Part shown: in pieces, positions 60,009 through 64,000 of the stretch
How the letters are laid out: the number at the start of each line of letters is the position of its first letter
Numbering within the stretch: position 1 is the first letter of the stretch
From: Podarcis pityusensis
Taxonomy: Eukaryota
NCBI GenBank assembly: GCA_964106645.2
Contig: OZ067042.1
Length of the DNA: 64,000 nt
Reading direction: 5' to 3' (one strand)
Program-made: the position numbers and the translations under genes
The notes under the pieces: model-generated
The model's database searches: none
Seen by the model: only the letters and a program-made list of their open reading frames with translations
Told to the model about the DNA's origin: nothing

Positions 60009-63000
60009 TTATTATTTATACCCCGCCCATCTGGCTGGGCTTCCCCGGCCACTCTGGGCGGCTTCCAAAAGAATATTAAAATACTATAATACATCAAACA
60101 TTAAAAGCTTCCCGAAACAGGGCTGCCTTCAGATGTCTTCTAAAGACACAAGAACCAGTTGTCAGATTTCGCAGTTCATTTAACTATGTAAGTGGTTTCC
60201 CGCTTAAGAAAAGCCCAAAAGAATCTGAAAGCAACAACAACAATCATACTGCACAATTGTCACCTGCCTGGATAGGTTGATGAATGATGTGCTGAACTGC
60301 TGGTTGAGCTGTTGCTGCGTTTGGCAACTGTGAAGCTGGCCTCAGGACAGTTGTCACTTTAGAACTGGACATCACAGCAGCAGCTGCCGCACCTGAGGAA
60401 AACCCCATGTAAAACTGAGACAATCCCTAAGACAGTCCACTTTTCATAAAAGTTTAAGAGCGGCCACAACTCTTTATACATGACACAAAGAATTAAGAGT
60501 GCAATTAGTAGTGCTAGCTAAACAAAGCAATTAGCGTAAAAGAAAGAAAAAGTGGTAACATCAACCAGGGTTGTGTAGCTGCAATATCCCTCAGCTGCAT
60601 AAACCAATGAGAGAATAGGCTGTGGAGCTGTACGCTCCCTCCTCCCTTCAGATGCGTGAAGTTGCTCCCGCTGGCTTAAACTGCAGATTATTTTACAGGG
60701 ATATTGAATTGCGCCTAATCTCTTGAACAGGACTTGAAGCCAATTTGTTAACCCTGGTATATAAAGAATCTGGTTCATCTGAACTGCAGTTGACACCGGT
60801 ATGAATGTTAACTGCAGTTAGAGATGGTGGATTTGCCCAGAATGTAGACGGCATGTGATCCACAGCATATCGAAAACAAGGGGCAGCCAACATGGTGTCC
60901 TCCAAATGTTGCTGGACTACAACTCTCATCAACCCTGCCCACTGGTTGAACTGTTGGCCTTGCTGGCTATGGATGATGAGATTTGTAGTCAACAATGTCT
61001 GAAGGGCACCACATTGGCTATCCCTGTCCTAAAACATATGTGGGGTGTTGCTTTTTTTAAAAAAAAGGATCAGCACACCATATTCTACTGCAACCCTAAT
61101 TATACCAAAATAAAAAAATCCTTCCAGTAGCACCTTTAAGACCAACTAAGTTAGTTCTTGGTATGAGCTTTCGTGTGCAAGCACACTTCTTCAGATACCT
61201 GAAGAAGTGTGCTTGCACACGAAAGCTCATACCAAGAACTAACTTAGTTGGTCTTAAAGGTGCTACTGGAAGGATTTTTTTATTTTGACTATGGCAGACC
61301 AACACGGCTACCTATCTGTAACTGGAACCTAATTATACCCTACACTTTCCCAAGACCAAGAAGCTAAAAATAGTTACTTTAGATTGCAGCCATTATCTTT
61401 ATAGCTACTCTACCAAGGTATTGACGCATGCATTAACCACAGTATAAACATTGCCCAGAATAAGTTTATTAACATAATACTTTCTTGGGATGATTATGTA
61501 AGTACCTCGAGGTAAGTGAGACGCTCCAATGTGTAATGGTGGTCCAGGAGCACTACTTCGGATTATTGACATCTGAACATTGGTTGTCATGATATGGTGC
61601 ACATTGCTGGGATGTCCCTGCAGACAGTAACAGATTGTGTGTGGGGAAATCGTCTAGATGTAATGTACAAGAAATGCTTCATATACAACTACACACTACA
61701 GTTAAGCCGTTTGAATGTACAGGTTAGATATGAATTATTATGGTAGGAGATACAAACCAAGGCTGTGGGTACCGTAGTTCACAGTGCTTCATTTGCTTTC
61801 CATGACTTTAAACAAACAAAAAAGTTACTTTAGAAGAAGAAAATGATTACCTGTTGTCCACTGATTGTTGCTACGGGAATAGCAGAGGCCTGTGGGATGC
61901 TGCTCTCCATTGTTACAGTAACTTGCCCTGGGACTTTGGTGGGGCAGGAGAGAGGAGAGGGTGGAGCTGGTGCAATAGGGCGGCTAGGGATGGTAGGCTT
62001 CAGGGGAGGCTGCAAAGAACATAAAGATACAACTACTGGTTCGCAGAAATTTGTGGCAGCAGAACAAATAAAAACAACACAAGTATGCACCAGTTATCTT
62101 ACCCTGAGGGGAAAAGAAAACCTGTAACAAACTTACTGGTAGCCACAGTCTAATTAAATTATTTTGAATTTTTCTATACACATTATTCCTCAGAAGAGAA
62201 TCATATGAAAAGATGAATCTTTGTGCAATAATATTGCTTTCTTAAGATCAAGTCACTAGTACAAAAAGCTTTAATCTTGGAGACAGCTACTGGGAGTTAG
62301 CACACAAATAATTATACAGACAGACATACCCCATCAACCAATTTCCTTGAAACTTTTTGTAATCCTGCTCTCTCCCCCTTAACAAAAATTAGGTCTAGGG
62401 TTTGAAATTATGCAACTAACTCTCAAAACCTGTGAGGCTGTATTTTCTCTAAGCCAAACTGTTTAGGATTAAGATTACCAATGATTATCATTTCACTGCC
62501 AGCCTCAGTGTACGGGGAAGATGATGCAAGGGACAAGATGCCTCTTTCCAATTAACTACTGTGAACCTCCTCCCCCTCCTCCAGTTCTTATTCATGCATG
62601 GCAAAGAGAAGCCTTCAGCAACTGGTACCCTCCAGATGTTTTCTACCACAACTTCCATTAGCCCCAGCCAGCACAGCTGACAATTAGAATGCTCTTGCAG
62701 GGGCATGACCAGTGTGCCCAGCAATTTTTAGGAAGAATTTAGTGACATGTTTAAGAGATGGACAGTAGGATATTTTGACTGAGTTTTTCATAGATTCACA
62801 AAGTTGAAAAGGACCTGAAAACATCACGTAGACCTCCTGCTAATGCAGAAAATTAGCTGCTATAGCATAACTGTTGGCTTACCAGTCTCTGCTTTAAAAC
62901 ATCTAACAAGCAGGGCCCACCATCTGCTGAGGCACAGTTTGTACCAATGGGGAGCATTTCCTTGTAATTTCAACCTATTTGTTCAAGTCCTACCCCTCTG

Positions 63001-63796
63001 GCATAACAGAAAACATATCTGCTCCATCACTGTGAACATCCATATGTACTAGTCCAGTCCCTTGTCAGACTGCCTTCAATGGTAAAGGTTTCAGTAATTT
63101 TTTTTAGAAAGTACCAGATAACAGTATTCAACCTTCTCTGTCCCAGGGAATCAAAGGCAGTTGCAATATATAAACAAGTACATGCTAAAATGAAGAGAAA
63201 GTTGCACTTAAACTTAAATCTAGCCTGAGCTAACTTTGCCATTGCATTAAATTAGTGCTATTAAATACCCCTATTCCATACTTGAAAAGCAATGCTCTCA
63301 TTACCTTCATAAGACCTTCAGAAAAAGAAAGTGGCACTGCTGGAGCTAAATGTGCTGGAGGAGCTGCTACTGTAACTGGCACACCAGGTTGTACCGTATG
63401 GTGCTGAGTCAACATTTGCACCTGCGGATATGGCCGGACTACCACTGTTTCCTGCTTCTCTTCACGGGACTGCAGAGAGCCACCAGGGACCACATGATCT
63501 CTGGGGGCAACTTCCATTTCTCGGCTGGGTTCATCACTCACTAAGTAGAAAAATGCATGAAATTTTAGAAAGAAAACAGGACTAGAAACAGGCAAGGCAC
63601 AGGAATGCTGTCTTTGATTTCTATGGAGCTTACTTCCAAAAAAGTATACTGAAGTCTTAGTTAGAAACCCTGTAGTTGCCTTACCTGTAGTTGTTGGGTT
63701 TATCAATCCAGTAGATCCACTGGTAGAGATCGGAGGAGGAGCTGGTCCTAGACTTGCAGGAGGGGGTCCTGAACGGGGGAACTGCTGAGAACTCAT
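45715..63796 (-). CDS. SAP130: Sin3A-associated protein 130, 20 coding exons in the window (1056 aa from the MSSQQ ATG; upstream first exon outside the window)
   Basis: Exons 63685-63796 (exon starts 63802), 63305-63540, 61851-62009, 61506-61617, 60268-60392 (GC donor), 59292-59416, 58686-58836, 58042-58132, 57266-57370, 56645-56786, 55686-55804, 54109-54411, 53259-53433, 51832-51936, 50418-50776, 49171-49419, 48724-48849, 47944-48047, 46842-46955, 45715-45873; total 3171 nt, in frame. N-terminus MSSQQFPR; C-terminal domain ...RHYRNPWKAAYHHFQRYSDVRVK...GWKVHLCAAQLLQL...KKVSKLKRKEKV*. Confidence 0.95.
47710..47861. other. Assembly gap (152 N) in a SAP130 intron
   Basis: Run of N. The flanking exons join in frame, so no constitutive exon appears to be missing. 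Confidence 0.99.
50002..50193. mobile_element. Tc1/mariner-pogo-type MITE, same family as 1288-1513
   Basis: TA|CAGTGGTAC...GAGGTACCACTG|TA termini; internal similarity to the 1288 copy. Confidence 0.8.
52300..52670 (+). mobile_element. Decayed L2-like LINE fragment
   Basis: CAGCTGGTGCAGAATGCTGCTG (QLVQNAA) and CTGCACTGGCTG (LHWL) motifs typical of the L2-clade ORF2 C-terminus. Confidence 0.55.
57644..57966 (-). mobile_element. Near full-length Sauria SINE
   Basis: tRNA-like head (GGACACGGGTGGCGCTGTGG...GGTTCGAATCCC on minus), ACCTTT tail, and 12-bp TSD TTTAGCAAGATA/TTTAGCAGGATA at 57632-57643 and 57967-57978. Confidence 0.9.
59970..60145 (-). mobile_element. L2/CR1-clade LINE 3' end with (AAT)n microsatellite tail
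   Basis: (AAT)n run followed by TATACCCCGCCCATCTGGCTGGG...GCTGCCTTCAGATGTCTTCTAAA. Confidence 0.65.
61107..61327. mobile_element. Penelope-like element terminus (inverted pseudo-LTR) forming an 89-bp perfect palindrome
   Basis: Arms 61106-61194 and 61199-61287 are exact reverse complements; 12-bp TSD CCTAATTATACC at 61095-61106 and 61328-61339; hammerhead-like core CTGAAGA...GAAAGCTC. Confidence 0.75.
61160..61199 (-). ncRNA. Candidate minimal type-I hammerhead ribozyme motif
   Basis: Minus strand reads GGTAT-CTGAAGA-A-GTGTG-CTTG-CACAC-GAAA-GCTC-ATACC: stem I GGUAU/AUACC, CUGANGA and GAAA cores, stem II, and palindromic AGCU in place of stem III. Confidence 0.5.
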
Positions 63797-64000
63797 TTCC
63801 ACCTATGGAACACACAGAATTACAAATAATTCATACATCCACATTACTGAAGCCCTTGTTACTGAGGAATCCCAGCAAATTCAGTTAGGTTACGTATGTT
63901 TGCACAGAGTAGCTACTGACAAATGATATGCAAGCTCTCCATCTAGTTAAAATACAAAATACAAACAGTTCAACCAAGTTCAATAACTTAATAAACAAAT

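Overview
Vertebrate genomic DNA from a squamate reptile, most likely a lacertid lizard, judging by Sauria SINEs and the CR1, L2, Tc1 and hAT repeat landscape. It carries the conserved syntenic block WDR33 - POLR2D - AMMECR1L - SAP130, all on the minus strand. By hand I reconstructed complete spliced CDSs for POLR2D (4 exons, 140 aa) and AMMECR1L (6 coding exons, 310 aa), and 20 coding exons of SAP130 (1056 aa from the MSSQQ ATG; its first exon lies beyond the window). A CpG-island first exon at about 8.8-8.9 kb is assigned to WDR33 by synteny only. The most interesting observation is at the AMMECR1L stop: the CDS ends in UCC-UGA-C, essentially the antizyme +1 frameshift site (UCC-UGA). The +1 frame then runs 38 codons and ends in ...WSSYFYYCTIL*, a canonical CaaX prenylation box. 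This suggests a hidden, C-terminally extended, prenylated AMMECR1L isoform. Other points: a Penelope-type 89-bp perfect palindrome with a minimal hammerhead-ribozyme core in a SAP130 intron, a GC-AG donor with a competing frameshifting GT donor in SAP130, a Tc1 element with an internal inversion, and a Harbinger transposase fossil. All calls come from manual reading; no searches were run.
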